Of a DNA stretch of 64,000 nt, positions 38,749 to 49,846 are shown piece by piece. The notes beneath the pieces were generated by a model. That model was not told the DNA's origin and did no database searches. It worked only from the letters and a program-made list of their open reading frames with translations. Position numbers and translations under genes: made by a program. Numbering within the stretch: the stretch's first letter is position 1; every line of letters begins with the position of its first letter. Source of the DNA: an uncultured Nitrospiraceae bacterium (lineage in GTDB: Bacteria > Nitrospirota > Nitrospiria > Nitrospirales > Nitrospiraceae); contig CAWJWJ010000001.1 of assembly GCA_963846575.1 (NCBI GenBank), positions 992,001 through 1,056,000 of the forward strand, read 5' to 3'.

Positions 38749-39747
38749 ATGTCCCGCCGTTCTCGTCCAACAACAGGCCCGCCCGGTCTCGGGAAAGATT
38801 TCCTGGATCTGCTCACGATTTCCAGTGTGGAACTGACCGCGCTGCTGAAGTTGGCTGCCCAGCTCAAAGTCAAACAACGTCGTGGGATACCGCATCCTCT
38901 TTTGCCTGGACGTATGTTAGGTCTTCTCTTTCAGAAGCCTTCGACACGCACCAGGGTGTCTTTCGAGGCAGGGATGAACCAGCTCGGCGGACAGGCCATG
39001 GTTTTGCCGATGGGCGACATCCAGTTGTCACGCGGAGAGAGCGTGGCCGACACGGCGCGCGTCTTGTCACGGTATTTAGACGCGATTGTTGTGCGGACCT
39101 TCGACCACGCCACTGTGGAGGAGTGGGCTCGCGAGGCGACCATTCCTGTGATCAATGGCCTCACCGATCTGAACCATCCCTGCCAGGCATTATCGGACCT
39201 CCTGACCATTCAGGAGAAAAAGGGACAGCTGAGAGGACTGAAGATCGCATATGTCGGGGACGGCAACAATGTGACGAACTCGCTGATTGAAGCTGCGGCC
39301 AAAATGGGAATGACGATTGCCGTGGGGTGCCCGCCGGGGTACCAGCCGGATCAGCATATTGTGGATTTGGCCCGTGTGGAGGCGCAGCGTACCGGTTCGG
39401 TCATTGAGATTGGCGCGGACCCGCTCGTGGCGGTTAAGGATGCCGATGTCGTGTACACCGACGTCTGGATCAGTATGGGGCGTGAGCGGGAGCAGGCCAG
39501 GCGGTTGAAGAGCCTTGCTCCCTATCAACTGAATGCGCGATTACTGAAGCGTGCAAAGCCGGACGCCCTGGTGATGCATTGTCTGCCCGCCCATCGCGGG
39601 GAGGAGATCAGTGCCGACGTGCTGGATGGCCCGCAGTCGGTCGTCTTTGATCAGGCTGAAAATCGACTGCACATGCAGAAGGCTATTTTGGTGAGGCTCT
39701 TAGCCCAGAAGGCAAAGCGCAAGATTGTTAACCGTTCACGTCGTTGA
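38749..39747 (+). CDS. argF: Ornithine carbamoyltransferase
   Basis: [22 protein letters not shown]. Confidence 0.97.
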   Translation: MSRRSRPTTGPPGLGKDFLDLLTISSVELTALLKLAAQLKVKQRRGIPHPLLPGRMLGLLFQKPSTRTRVSFEAGMNQLGGQAMVLPMGDIQLSRGESVADTARVLSRYLDAIVVRTFDHATVEEWAREATIPVINGLTDLNHPCQALSDLLTIQEKKGQLRGLKIAYVGDGNNVTNSLIEAAAKMGMTIAVGCPPGYQPDQHIVDLARVEAQRTGSVIEIGADPLVAVKDADVVYTDVWISMGREREQARRLKSLAPYQLNARLLKRAKPDALVMHCLPAHRGEEISADVLDGPQSVVFDQAENRLHMQKAILVRLLAQKAKRKIVNRSRR

Positions 39748-39755
39748 GGAGTCGC

Positions 39756-40973
39756 ATGAGTCGGTCATCGTATAAAAAAGTGGTGCTGGCCTATTCGGGA
39801 GGTTTAGACACTTCCGTCATTTTAAAGTGGCTGGAAGAAGTGTACGACTGCACGGTGATCGCGTTTTGCGCTGACCTGGGGCAGGGCGAGGACTTGAAGG
39901 CTATCAAGGCCAAGGCCCAGTCGCTGGGGGTGAAGAAAGTGTATGTGGAGGATCTGCGAGAAGTTTTTGTGAAGGACCATGTGTTTCCCATGTTGCGCGG
40001 GAACGCGGTCTATGAAGGCAGTTACCTGTTGGGCACTTCGATCGCGCGGCCATTGATCGCGCGACGGCAGGTTGAGATTGCCGCCAAGGAAGGCGCCGAG
40101 GCGGTGTGTCATGGAGCGACCGGAAAGGGGAATGACCAGGTTCGGTTTGAGTTGACCTATATGGCGCTCCACCCACAGATCAAGATCATTGCGCCCTGGC
40201 GGGAGTGGACGATGCGTTCACGCCGGGAGTTGATCGAATATGCGGAGCAACACGGAATCCCGGTCACCGCTACCAAGGCCAAGCCCTACAGCATGGACAT
40301 GAACTTGTTCCATACGAGCTACGAGGGCGGCATTCTGGAAGATCCCTGGGCAGCGCCTCCGGAAGAGATTTTTGTGATGTCGGTTTCGCCGGAACGGGCA
40401 CCCGGGAAAGCGCGTGAGGTGGCGATCGAGTATGTTGCGGGCGATCCGGTGGCGGTGGACGGAAAGAAAATGAGTCCGGCCACGCTGCTTGCCCATCTCA
40501 ATAAGTTGGGTGGCGAACACGGTGTCGGTCGCGTCGATTTGGTTGAAAATCGCTATGTCGGCATGAAGTCCCGCGGGGTGTATGAAACACCGGGTGGGAC
40601 GATCCTTCATATGGCCCATCGTGGGTTAGAGTCGCTCACGATGGATCGGGAGGTCCTGCACTTGCGGGATAGTCTGATCCCCCGTTATGCCGAGCTCATT
40701 TACTACGGCTATTGGTACGCGCCGGAGCGGGAGATGCTTCAGACTGCTCTGGATGAAGCGCAACGTGATGTGACGGGAACGGTTCGCGTCAAGCTGTACA
40801 AAGGCAGCTGCACGGTGGTAGGCCGGAAGTCCTCCCGGTCACTCTACCGGCTGGACATGGCGACATTCGAGGAAGACGACGTATATCGTCAGAAGGACGC
40901 GGAAGGGTTTATTCGTCTGAATGCCCTTCGACTGGCGATCCGGGCGCAGCGCAAAAAGAGATCGACGAAGTAA
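39756..40973 (+). CDS. argG: Argininosuccinate synthase
   Basis: [32 protein letters not shown]. Confidence 0.98.
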   Translation: MSRSSYKKVVLAYSGGLDTSVILKWLEEVYDCTVIAFCADLGQGEDLKAIKAKAQSLGVKKVYVEDLREVFVKDHVFPMLRGNAVYEGSYLLGTSIARPLIARRQVEIAAKEGAEAVCHGATGKGNDQVRFELTYMALHPQIKIIAPWREWTMRSRRELIEYAEQHGIPVTATKAKPYSMDMNLFHTSYEGGILEDPWAAPPEEIFVMSVSPERAPGKAREVAIEYVAGDPVAVDGKKMSPATLLAHLNKLGGEHGVGRVDLVENRYVGMKSRGVYETPGGTILHMAHRGLESLTMDREVLHLRDSLIPRYAELIYYGYWYAPEREMLQTALDEAQRDVTGTVRVKLYKGSCTVVGRKSSRSLYRLDMATFEEDDVYRQKDAEGFIRLNALRLAIRAQRKKRSTK

Positions 40974-42427
40974 TGGCCACGCCAAACCCTGGCGCCCCTC
41001 GTGCGCGCAAGTCTGCTACTTCGAATTCATCAGCCAATCGTACGTTGCCCAAGGGAAAGGCCTGGGGCGGTCGATTTGCTGAAAAGACCGATCGGCTGGT
41101 CGAGCAGTTCACCTCGTCGCTCGCCGTTGATCAACGGCTTTATCCTTACGACATTCAAGGCAGCATTGCGCATTGCAAGACACTTGAGAGGGCAGGGGTG
41201 CTGACACCCCGTGAGTCATCCCGGCTTGTGCGAGGATTACGGGCGGTGAAAACGGAGTTGGATGGAGCGAGATTTCCCTTCTCACCGCAGGATGAAGACA
41301 TCCATATGGCGATTGAACGCCGACTGACGGAGTTGATCGGCCCCTTGGGCGGGAAGCTGCATACCGGACGCAGCCGCAACGACCAGGTGGCGCTGGATCT
41401 GCGTTTGTTTGTGCGAGATGTTCTGTCGACCATGATGGGCCAGATTGAGGAGTTTCGCCGGGTCTTGGTGGCGCAAGCGCGCGCGCATCTGGATGTCGTC
41501 ATGCCGGGCTATACGCATTTGCAGCGAGCTCAGCCGGTGCTGCTGGCCCACCATTTCTTAGCCTATGTGGAGATGTTCGAGCGAGATCGGAGCCGCCTGT
41601 ACGATTGCCGTAAGCGGCTCGATGTGATGCCCTTGGGGTCAGGAGCGCTGGCCGGATCGAATTATCCCGTCGACCGGCGGTACACCGCCGAGCTGCTGGA
41701 TTTTCCTTCGGTCACGCAGAATAGCCTCGATGCCGTGTCGGACCGCGACGGGGTTGTAGAGGTGCTGAGCGCGTTGTCACTCATTATGATGCATCTCTCA
41801 CGTATGAGCGAAGAGTTAATTCTCTGGGCCTCCCAGGAGTTCCGATACATCGATTTGCCTGACAGCTTTTGCACCGGCAGCAGCATGATGCCGCAAAAAA
41901 AGAACCCGGATGTGCCGGAATTGGTTCGTGGCAAGACCGGGAGGGTCTACGGTCATTTAATAGGAACCTTGACAGTCCTTAAAGGGCTGCCCCTGAGTTA
42001 TAATCGGGATCTTCAAGAAGACAAAGAGGCGCTGTTTGACGCCGTGGACACAACGGGGCAGTCGCTGGTTCTTTGCACGGAATTGATCCGACGTTTGGTG
42101 GTCAATCGGGCGGTGCTTGCGGCGGCTGCCGAAGGGGGCGGGATGCTGGCGACGGAATTGGCGGATTACCTCGTGACGAAGGGGGTGCCGTTCCGGGAGG
42201 CCCATTCCATTACTGGACAGATTGTGCGATCCTCGATGGAGAATCAGCGATCGCTTCAGCAGTTAACGCTGCAGGATCTGCGGGGCTTTTCCACGCACTT
42301 CGACCAGGATGCGCTGGAGTGTCTCACCGTGCAGGGAGCGATCGATCGTAAGCGCCAAATCGGTGGGACGTCGCGACGCCGGGTTGAGGCGCGCATTAAA
42401 GAACTGGAAAAGGTGTTGAACGCATGA
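40973..42427 (+). CDS. argH: Argininosuccinate lyase
   Basis: WGGRF, HTGRSRNDQ, GSSMMPQKKNPD. Confidence 0.98.
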   Translation: MATPNPGAPRARKSATSNSSANRTLPKGKAWGGRFAEKTDRLVEQFTSSLAVDQRLYPYDIQGSIAHCKTLERAGVLTPRESSRLVRGLRAVKTELDGARFPFSPQDEDIHMAIERRLTELIGPLGGKLHTGRSRNDQVALDLRLFVRDVLSTMMGQIEEFRRVLVAQARAHLDVVMPGYTHLQRAQPVLLAHHFLAYVEMFERDRSRLYDCRKRLDVMPLGSGALAGSNYPVDRRYTAELLDFPSVTQNSLDAVSDRDGVVEVLSALSLIMMHLSRMSEELILWASQEFRYIDLPDSFCTGSSMMPQKKNPDVPELVRGKTGRVYGHLIGTLTVLKGLPLSYNRDLQEDKEALFDAVDTTGQSLVLCTELIRRLVVNRAVLAAAAEGGGMLATELADYLVTKGVPFREAHSITGQIVRSSMENQRSLQQLTLQDLRGFSTHFDQDALECLTVQGAIDRKRQIGGTSRRRVEARIKELEKVLNA

Positions 42428-42726
42428 TGGCCGCCTGCGAGTGCTCGCCTGCGGCCCATGGCCGTGTAGCGAGCGTGCTCCTATTTGTCATTGGGCTGGG
42501 TGGCTGCGGAGTGCTGGGCTCCCCGATTCCTCCAGAGGATGTGGGCGTGTCTCCCGTTATAGAGCGGCAACTGAGGCGTGAAGGACTCCTCCCCCCCGGT
42601 GCCAGCGTATATGGTTCTGCTTCGAGGCCCAATGCTCCCAGTGGGATTACTATCGAAGAATCTCCAATTCCAGCCGAGCCGGTGCCTTTGCCGGTCCCAC
42701 CGCTCAGGCAAATGGGAACACGCTAG
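42424..42726 (+). CDS. Small Pro-rich lipoprotein (LptM/YifL/LppL-like position)
   Basis: Lipobox LGGC followed by GVLGSPIPPE; between argH and lysA. Confidence 0.65.
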   Translation: MMAACECSPAAHGRVASVLLFVIGLGGCGVLGSPIPPEDVGVSPVIERQLRREGLLPPGASVYGSASRPNAPSGITIEESPIPAEPVPLPVPPLRQMGTR

Positions 42727-42855
42727 GAGCCGAATGAGGGTATCGAGCAGCACGAGAGATAGTAGCTGCTGTTCCTATCGCTTTACGCCAGACTGTCCGG
42801 AGATTTGAGTGGCGGTTGTTTTCACGCGAGTGATGTTATACCGAGGATCGAGACC

Positions 42856-44118
42856 ATGAATGATTTCCACTATCGACAGGGCGAACTGTATTGCGAAGAT
42901 GTGCCGCTTTCACGCATCGTGAAAGAGGTGGGAACTCCGTGTTACGTCTACAGCCATCAGACACTTGTTCGGCACTTTCGTGTCTATGACGGTGCATTTG
43001 GGAATATTCCACACCTCGTCGCCTTCGCGATGAAGGCTAATTCCAATCTCGCCGTGCTCCGCCTTATGGCCAAGGAAGGCAGCGGGGTAGATATCGTGTC
43101 TGGGGGGGAACTCTTCCGTGCCCTGAAGGCGGGAGTCCCGGCCTCGAAAATTGTGTTCGCTGGCGTAGGGAAGAAGGCTGACGAAATCCGTGAGGCATTG
43201 AAGGCTGATATCTTGATGTTCAACGTGGAATCTCCCGCGGAGTTACATGCCATTAACGACGTGGCAGCCTCCATGAAAGTCAGGGCTCGGGTTGCCCTCC
43301 GGATTAATCCGGATATCGATCCCAAGACCCATCCTTACATATCCACCGGTTTGAAAAAGAGTAAGTTTGGGATTGCCGCTGATCGCGCTATCGAAGAGTT
43401 CAAGATTGCGGCCTCTTTCGATCACATCGAGGTAGTCGGCCTGCACGCGCACATCGGCTCTCAGTTGACCGAAGTGACACCGTTTGTTGAGTCGTTGAAA
43501 AAGGTGTTGGCAATGGTGCAAACCCTGACGGAGCAGGGAATCCCCATCCGCTATATTAACATTGGAGGGGGGTTGGGGATTACGTATTCCGATGAAACTC
43601 CTCCCGAACCGAAGGACCTGGCTGAGGCCATCGCTCCCCTGGTTCGCGATTTGAAGTGCGTTCTCATCATGGAGCCTGGTCGTGTGATTGTCGGCAATGC
43701 GGGTGTGCTTATCACCAAAGTACTCTACACGAAAGACGGCGAGGCCAAACGCTTCTTGATTGTGGATGCGGCCATGAACGATTTGATCAGACCAAGCCTC
43801 TACGACGCATATCACGACATCAGGCCCCTCTACGAAAACGTGACCCGTGCTCCAAGGAAAGCGGTCGATGTTGTCGGGCCCGTTTGCGAATCCGGAGACT
43901 TTTTGGCCAAGGACCGCGTTATGCCAGAAATGAACGCTGGTGATCTGATGGCGGTTATGAGCGCGGGGGCCTATGGATTCGTGATGTCCTCGAACTACAA
44001 TTCGCGGCCTCGTATACCGGAGGTGCTCGTACACGAAGACCAGATTCATGTAATTCGATCCCGTGAGAGCTATGATGATCTGGTGCGAGGGGAGCAGATA
44101 CCGGAATTTCTCTCCTAG
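42856..44118 (+). CDS. lysA: Diaminopimelate decarboxylase
   Basis: FAMKAN, HIGSQ, EPGR, GPVCESGD, GAYG...SNYN. Confidence 0.97.
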   Translation: MNDFHYRQGELYCEDVPLSRIVKEVGTPCYVYSHQTLVRHFRVYDGAFGNIPHLVAFAMKANSNLAVLRLMAKEGSGVDIVSGGELFRALKAGVPASKIVFAGVGKKADEIREALKADILMFNVESPAELHAINDVAASMKVRARVALRINPDIDPKTHPYISTGLKKSKFGIAADRAIEEFKIAASFDHIEVVGLHAHIGSQLTEVTPFVESLKKVLAMVQTLTEQGIPIRYINIGGGLGITYSDETPPEPKDLAEAIAPLVRDLKCVLIMEPGRVIVGNAGVLITKVLYTKDGEAKRFLIVDAAMNDLIRPSLYDAYHDIRPLYENVTRAPRKAVDVVGPVCESGDFLAKDRVMPEMNAGDLMAVMSAGAYGFVMSSNYNSRPRIPEVLVHEDQIHVIRSRESYDDLVRGEQIPEFLS

Positions 44119-44153
44119 CCTCCGGCCTCTACTGTCATTTTATGGAGTATCCG

Positions 44154-45026
44154 ATGTTTAGTGGTTCTCTGGTTGCCATCGTCACGCCGTTTAAACGTGG
44201 AAAGCTGGACGAGCGGGCCCTCGGCGAACTTATTGAATGGCAAATTACCAGCGGTACTCATGGGATTGTTCCCTGCGGAACCACTGGCGAGTCAGCTACG
44301 CTGACGCATGCCGAGCACGAACGTGTGGTGGCCTTTACAGTGGAAGTTGTGAGGGGCCGCGTCCCCGTGGTGGCAGGAACTGGGTCCAATAGCACAGAGG
44401 AAGCCATTGCGCTGACTAAGCACGCAAAAGCTGCAGGAGTTGACGGTGCACTGCTGATCACTCCGTATTACAACAAGCCCACCCAAGAAGGGTTATTTCT
44501 CCACTACAAGGCAATTGCGGAGGCCGTGGATCTGCCGCTGGTACTCTACAATATCCCGGGACGCACCGGCGTGAATATGATGCCGACTACTATTGCTCGA
44601 CTTACGGCATGCCGGACAATCGTCGCCGTTAAGGAAGGGAGCGGGGCTGTTCAACAGGCGTCCGAGATCATTCAGCTTTGCGGCGACCGGCTAGCTGTGC
44701 TAGCAGGAGATGATGCACTGACTCTACCGGTGATGGCCGTGGGTGGCAAGGGGGTGATCACCGTCACGGCCAATGTGCTCCCGGGTGAAATGGCCGAGCT
44801 AGTCAATGCGTTTCTCTCAGGACGTCTTGAGGCCGCTCGCGCGATGCATTACCGCCTGTATCCGCTCTTTATGGCATTATTTTATGAAACAAACCCCATT
44901 CCTGTGAAGGAAGCACTCCACATGATGGGGAAAATTGAGAGCGATATTCGTTTGCCACTCTGCCCGATGGGCCAGGACAATAAAGAAAAACTCTTGCGTG
45001 TGATGAAAGCAGCTGGACTGGTATAG
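44154..45026 (+). CDS. dapA: 4-hydroxy-tetrahydrodipicolinate synthase
   Basis: CGTTGES, PYYNKP, LYNIPGRT, ETNPIPVK. Confidence 0.97.
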   Translation: MFSGSLVAIVTPFKRGKLDERALGELIEWQITSGTHGIVPCGTTGESATLTHAEHERVVAFTVEVVRGRVPVVAGTGSNSTEEAIALTKHAKAAGVDGALLITPYYNKPTQEGLFLHYKAIAEAVDLPLVLYNIPGRTGVNMMPTTIARLTACRTIVAVKEGSGAVQQASEIIQLCGDRLAVLAGDDALTLPVMAVGGKGVITVTANVLPGEMAELVNAFLSGRLEAARAMHYRLYPLFMALFYETNPIPVKEALHMMGKIESDIRLPLCPMGQDNKEKLLRVMKAAGLV

Positions 45027-45056
45027 ATCGGTCTGTCGCTGCCAAAGGTTGTTGTA

Positions 45057-45860
45057 ATGATCAAAGTTGTCGTAACTGGGGCTGCCGGAAGGATGGGATC
45101 ACGCCTCGTGTCCCTGATAAAAGATTCCGGATCCATGACCCTCGCGGGCGCGGTCGAAAGCAAAGGACATCACGCCGTGGGGCAAGACTGCGGTGAGGTG
45201 GCAGGCTGTGGACGCACGGGCGTGGCGATTGCGGATGACCTCTCGCGGGTAATGGAACATGGCGAGGTCGTTGTCGACTTTACAACGCCCTCGGCGACGC
45301 TAGAGCACTTGAGAATAGTGGCGGAGCATCGGCGAGGAATCGTGGTGGGGACTACTGGATTTTCTTCTTCTCAGTTGGAGGTCCTTCGAAGTTTCTCCAG
45401 AGAGGCTCCCTGCGTGTTCTCTCCCAACATGAGCGTGGGCGTCAACGTGATTTTTAAAGTGATTGCGGAAATGGCCAAGACGCTCGGCGAGGACTACGAT
45501 ATTGAAGTGATAGAGGCGCATCATCGTCTAAAGAAGGACGCCCCCAGCGGCACCGCGTTAAAAATGGCGGAAGTGCTCGCGCGCGCGCTCGATCGAGACT
45601 TTGAGCAGGTCGGTGTTTATGCGCGGAGGGGACTGATCGGTGAGCGTAAGAGGGGAGAAATTGGGATTCAAACCATCAGGGCGGGTGACATAGTCGGAGA
45701 TCATACGGTTTTGTTTGGAAGTATGGGTGAGCGCATTGAGGTTGTCCACCGAGCCAGTAGTCGTGACACATTTGCTCATGGAGCACTACGTGCCGCTCTG
45801 TGGGTCGTCAAGCAGCCCCCAGGACTCTACGATATGCTCGATGTGCTAAATCTGGGATAG
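45057..45860 (+). CDS. dapB: 4-hydroxy-tetrahydrodipicolinate reductase
   Basis: GAAGRMG, EAHHRLKKDAPSGTA. Confidence 0.97.
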   Translation: MIKVVVTGAAGRMGSRLVSLIKDSGSMTLAGAVESKGHHAVGQDCGEVAGCGRTGVAIADDLSRVMEHGEVVVDFTTPSATLEHLRIVAEHRRGIVVGTTGFSSSQLEVLRSFSREAPCVFSPNMSVGVNVIFKVIAEMAKTLGEDYDIEVIEAHHRLKKDAPSGTALKMAEVLARALDRDFEQVGVYARRGLIGERKRGEIGIQTIRAGDIVGDHTVLFGSMGERIEVVHRASSRDTFAHGALRAALWVVKQPPGLYDMLDVLNLG

Positions 45861-46170
45861 GTTGATTTGGTCGTTTGTACATGCATACCTACCTGGACCG
45901 CGGTGGATCCGATATATATAGCCTGAGGATTCGTTAGAAACAAAGAAGCAAATCAAGCAGAGTAAAATAACAAAAAAAGCGGGTAGTCTTCCCTGATTTG
46001 GGGGAGAAAAGGGTTGGGAGATCGGACTCAACGAATGGGCGGGAGGCGAAGTTTACAGCAAAGCGTAGGAGTGACTTTTTCCATCGAGGTTGATGAAATT
46101 TCAAGAATCACGAGAAACAGTCGTCGTCTCAGGACAACGAATGTCTTGCGTGTTATGTCACCAAAACGGT

Positions 46171-46323
46171 TTAATGGCGTGAGGTGATCGGTCTTGGTTC
46201 TGCATCAGCTGCTTTTCGTCGTCCACAGTTCAGGCAAGCAAGTACTGTGATCGCCAAACCAGCATTCAGGTCAACCGCCCGCTCAGGCAACATTGTTCCG
46301 CGGCATTTGTCACATTTATGCAT
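46171..46323 (-). CDS. Small zinc-ribbon protein (50 aa)
   Basis: MHKCDKCRGTMLPERAVDLNAGLAITVLACLNCGRRK...; below ORF-track cutoff. Confidence 0.65.
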   Translation of the reverse strand: MHKCDKCRGTMLPERAVDLNAGLAITVLACLNCGRRKAADAEPRPITSRH

Positions 46324-46553
46324 GTATTGCTTATACCATTCGCTAAGCAGGAGAAACCATCCACCTGAAGTACTGTATAAAGCGAGGGAAAAGGACCTGG
46401 TAAGTACGAATGTATCTGGGCCGTTTGGCCCTGCCGCTACCCCTTACGGGCGTAGGCGGTCCTGGCAAGAATCCCAGGTGGAATTCCTTGGACCTGACAT
46501 CCAATCCACGATGTCCTAGATTTTTTCGGAGCGGCTATCAAGAATGAACTTCT

Positions 46554-46814
46554 ATGTATAAGGTAATATTGATAGTAGGGTTATTGATCCTGCTCTACTA
46601 TTTCCTTCAGAAAGCCATCCACGGACGAATCGAAAGTCCTGGGGGTCGTGATGGTTTGCAGGGCAGCGGTTCTGGGAACAATATGGTGCAAGATCCGTTT
46701 TGCCGGGTCTTTGTTCCACGCGGAAGCGCATTTTGTGACGAAGTTGGAGGTCAGACCTACTTCTTTTGTAGCCAAGCCTGTGCCAAGGCATTTCAGAAGC
46801 AGCTCTCGAGCTAG
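46554..46814 (+). CDS. YHS/TRASH domain membrane protein
   Basis: TM helix; MVQDPFC...YFFCSQAC. Confidence 0.85.
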   Translation: MYKVILIVGLLILLYYFLQKAIHGRIESPGGRDGLQGSGSGNNMVQDPFCRVFVPRGSAFCDEVGGQTYFFCSQACAKAFQKQLSS

Positions 46815-47113
46815 CAGCCTGAGTATGTCGAATCAGAGACCGTGTCGTCTTTGTCGAAGATCAGAGTCATTTGGCATTCAATAGCTTGAAAATTAAGTAA
46901 CGGTGGGCCTGCTTTTCCGCCCGCAATTCGGTTGTAGGTCCATTTCTCCCCTCCGAAAAATCGGGTACTACGGGCCTCCGGTGTGCCAAGCTCTTTTTCC
47001 ACCCAAACCTTGTCCTTCCCCTGATAGCGGGTAAGAGAGGCGTCCAAATAAGGGTTGTGGCTGCAGGCACCTGCCGTAACGACGATTGCTAATACCCAAA
47101 ATAATTTTCGCAT
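46811..47113 (-). CDS. Small lipoprotein (SmpA/OmlA-like fold)
   Basis: Lipobox AGAC; ELGTP...EKWTY; AGGAG RBS. Confidence 0.75.
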   Translation of the reverse strand: MRKLFWVLAIVVTAGACSHNPYLDASLTRYQGKDKVWVEKELGTPEARSTRFFGGEKWTYNRIAGGKAGPPLLNFQAIECQMTLIFDKDDTVSDSTYSGC

Positions 47114-47307
47114 GGTGAGGTTTCTCCTGGCACCGGAAGCGACGCGAACTCGAACTTGTCACATTTCCTATAGAAAATCCAGACACCGATGCCCGTCGTT
47201 CTGAGAAGTAGATGCCAGTAGTTGACTGGTTGCCTTGTTACTCAGTAGCCCCTAAAATAAGAAGCAAGCTGTTACTGCTGGGAAATTAGCGACGAAAGGA
47301 TTCTTTC

Positions 47308-47955
47308 ATGAAACTCTATCTCGACACCGCGAATGTAAAGGAAATCCAAGAGGGCGCAAGTTTGGGACTGATCGATGGCGTGACGACCAATCCCTCTCTA
47401 GTAGCCAAAGAAGGACGTAGCTTTAAAGAAATGCTCCTGGAAATTTGCAAAATGGTGGATGGCCCCATTAGCGCAGAAGTGGTGGGTATCGAATCCGACG
47501 GTATGATAAAGGAAGGTCGTGAACTGGCAAAGATCCACAAAAACATCGTGGTGAAGGTCCCGCTTATCCCCGAAGGTCTTCGTGCTACCAAAAAGCTTTC
47601 CTCCGAAGGTATTCGGGTGAATGTGACCTTATGTTTCTCTCCTACCCAAGCGTTACTCGCGGCCAAGGCCGGGGCCTGGTGCGTGTCCCCCTTCATCGGT
47701 CGCTTGGATGACGTCAGTTCAGACGGAATGGAATTAATTAGGCAGATTGTGACGATTTATGACAACTACGATTACAAGACACAGGTTTTAGTCGCCAGCG
47801 TACGCAGTCCGCAACACGTAGTGGAGGCGGCATTGGCAGGAGGCCATATCTGTACAATGCCCTACTCTGTATTTCAACAACTAGTGAAGCATCCATTGAC
47901 GGATATTGGCCTGCAGAAGTTTCTCGCAGATTGGGACGCGATGGGCAAAAAGTAG
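47308..47955 (+). CDS. fsa: Fructose-6-phosphate aldolase / small transaldolase
   Basis: [34 protein letters not shown]. Confidence 0.93.
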   Translation: MKLYLDTANVKEIQEGASLGLIDGVTTNPSLVAKEGRSFKEMLLEICKMVDGPISAEVVGIESDGMIKEGRELAKIHKNIVVKVPLIPEGLRATKKLSSEGIRVNVTLCFSPTQALLAAKAGAWCVSPFIGRLDDVSSDGMELIRQIVTIYDNYDYKTQVLVASVRSPQHVVEAALAGGHICTMPYSVFQQLVKHPLTDIGLQKFLADWDAMGKK

Positions 47956-47966
47956 TCGCGTGATGT

Positions 47967-48668
47967 TCATCGCCCTGACGGAGCGTGGTCCAAAAGACAG
48001 CGCTTGGCATCGAAAAAAATCCGATGGAACATCGTTCTCGTCAGTTTGCCGGTGAAAGTATTTTGTTGGCTCGGATGGTATGAGGCAATAAGGGTTTTAC
48101 CCCGAGGTAACTTGTAGATGGCCCCGTGACCGAATTTGGGGAGCGGCCGCGGTATATTTAGTCCCAGTTCTCTGCACGCTCTGAGGTAGTGATCGAAGGC
48201 GACCTTTCCTAATGCCACCACCGCTTGCACCCCTTCAAGTGCACGTATTTCACCTAATATAAACTGTTGGCAGGCTGCAAATTCCTGTGGTGTCGGTCTA
48301 TTAGCCGGCGGGGCACAACGTACTGCCGCGCCAATGTAACAATCGGCGAGGGTGAGGCCGTCATTCACATCAGTGGAAGAGGCCTGATTCGCGAAGCCGA
48401 ATTGGTGCAATGCCTCGTATAGCCAATCTCCACTGCGATCCCCGGTGAAAATGCGTCCAGTGCGATTCCCTCCGTGTGCGGCTGGGGCAAGCCCCAGCAC
48501 GTAGAGTCGAGCAAGTGGGTCACCAAACCCAGGAATCGGCTTTCCCCAGTAAGTGCATCCTCGGTACTGCCGTCTTTTCGCCTCAGCTATAGCTGTACGG
48601 TAGGCGACTAATCGGGGGCAACGCGTGCAGTTGACGATGTCGGAGTTGAGAAGGGCGAGGGTATTCAT
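47967..48668 (-). CDS. Family-5 uracil-DNA glycosylase (UdgB-like)
   Basis: CTRCPRL, GLAPAAHGGNRTGRIFTGD, YHPSQQNT. Confidence 0.93.
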   Translation of the reverse strand: MNTLALLNSDIVNCTRCPRLVAYRTAIAEAKRRQYRGCTYWGKPIPGFGDPLARLYVLGLAPAAHGGNRTGRIFTGDRSGDWLYEALHQFGFANQASSTDVNDGLTLADCYIGAAVRCAPPANRPTPQEFAACQQFILGEIRALEGVQAVVALGKVAFDHYLRACRELGLNIPRPLPKFGHGAIYKLPRGKTLIASYHPSQQNTFTGKLTRTMFHRIFFDAKRCLLDHAPSGR

Positions 48669-48761
48669 GCGGCGAAGTGTAGCAAACCCACGACTTCCTT
48701 GTCGTCTCAAGCTCTTGTTGATAGCATAAACTTTCAGGTGCGACGAAAGGACCATAAACGC

Positions 48762-49841
48762 ATGCGGAACAATGACTGGGGAATTCGGACCGGTAGAATG
48801 ACGGTGGTGTTGGCTCTGGGGCTGACGGCCGTGTTGGGGAGATACCAGGTCGAGTCGAACGCGGCGACAACGTTTCCCCCCAACTCGAATGAGGTCAGCA
48901 GTCTTCCAGACCAGGAAGGCAGCTCTGCTCCCGGCCTGACCGAGCCGGAAGCCGGATCCGATCTTGAGGATCGCCTGGTGATCCTTCCTGAAATCAAGCG
49001 CGAAGGGGAGCGCTTTTTCTTGAGTTCATTCAAGTTGCCGGACAAGCTCACCTTTGCGGGACAATCGATTCCATTGGATAATTGGCAAGTACGTGAGCGC
49101 GTGGAATACGAATTTTATCAATTCCTCGAGGACCAGGGAGAGAGTATCATACTGGCAAAGCGGACTGGACGCTGCTTCGCCCCAGCCGAAAAACAACTGG
49201 CCGATGCCGGCTTGCCAGATGATTTGAAGTATATGTTGTTGGTGGAGAGCAAATGCATCGCCGCCGCCTACTCGCGGGCCAAGGCTTCAGGACCATGGCA
49301 ATTTATCAACTCGACCGGGCGACGCTACAAGTTGCACAATGAACGGTGGCTTGATGAGCGGCGCAACCTGGAGATGTCTACGGAGGCCGCCATTAAGTAC
49401 CTGCGCTACCTTCGCGACCTGCAGCAGGGAGATTGGTTCCTCGCTATGGCCTCATACAATGCTGGCGAGGACCGGATACGGAAGTTGATCAAGGAACAAA
49501 ACGTGAAAGACTACTGGCGTATGCATGGCCCGCGGGAGACCATGCGATATGTCGCGCGGATCATTGCAGCCAAGGAAATCTATTCCCAGCCTGAGAAGTA
49601 TCTAGGGCTGACCAAGAAAGACCTGTATCCTCCCCTAGAAACCGAAACGGTGACGGTAACAATTAAGGAACCGCAGCGACGTCTCACCGTGATCGCCGAG
49701 GAATATGGAACATATTTTCTAGAATTGAAAATGCTTAATCCAGAGTTCACTAAGGACTACTTGCCAAAGGGAACTTACCAGGTTAAGGTGCCTCGACAGA
49801 CTTGTCCAAATCGCTGTTTTAAACAGGACAAACTGCCATAG
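48762..49841 (+). CDS. Lytic transglycosylase (MltD-like)
   Basis: LVES, ASGPWQF, DERR, ASYNAG, ETMRYV. Confidence 0.9.
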   Translation: MRNNDWGIRTGRMTVVLALGLTAVLGRYQVESNAATTFPPNSNEVSSLPDQEGSSAPGLTEPEAGSDLEDRLVILPEIKREGERFFLSSFKLPDKLTFAGQSIPLDNWQVRERVEYEFYQFLEDQGESIILAKRTGRCFAPAEKQLADAGLPDDLKYMLLVESKCIAAAYSRAKASGPWQFINSTGRRYKLHNERWLDERRNLEMSTEAAIKYLRYLRDLQQGDWFLAMASYNAGEDRIRKLIKEQNVKDYWRMHGPRETMRYVARIIAAKEIYSQPEKYLGLTKKDLYPPLETETVTVTIKEPQRRLTVIAEEYGTYFLELKMLNPEFTKDYLPKGTYQVKVPRQTCPNRCFKQDKLP

Positions 49842-49846
49842 CTCCA

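Noticed and set aside
24677..47129. Recurrent CAGGAGAAACC 11-mer at 24677, 46348 and about 47119 as a regulator box
   Set aside because: At least one copy is simply a Shine-Dalgarno; too few and too short to support
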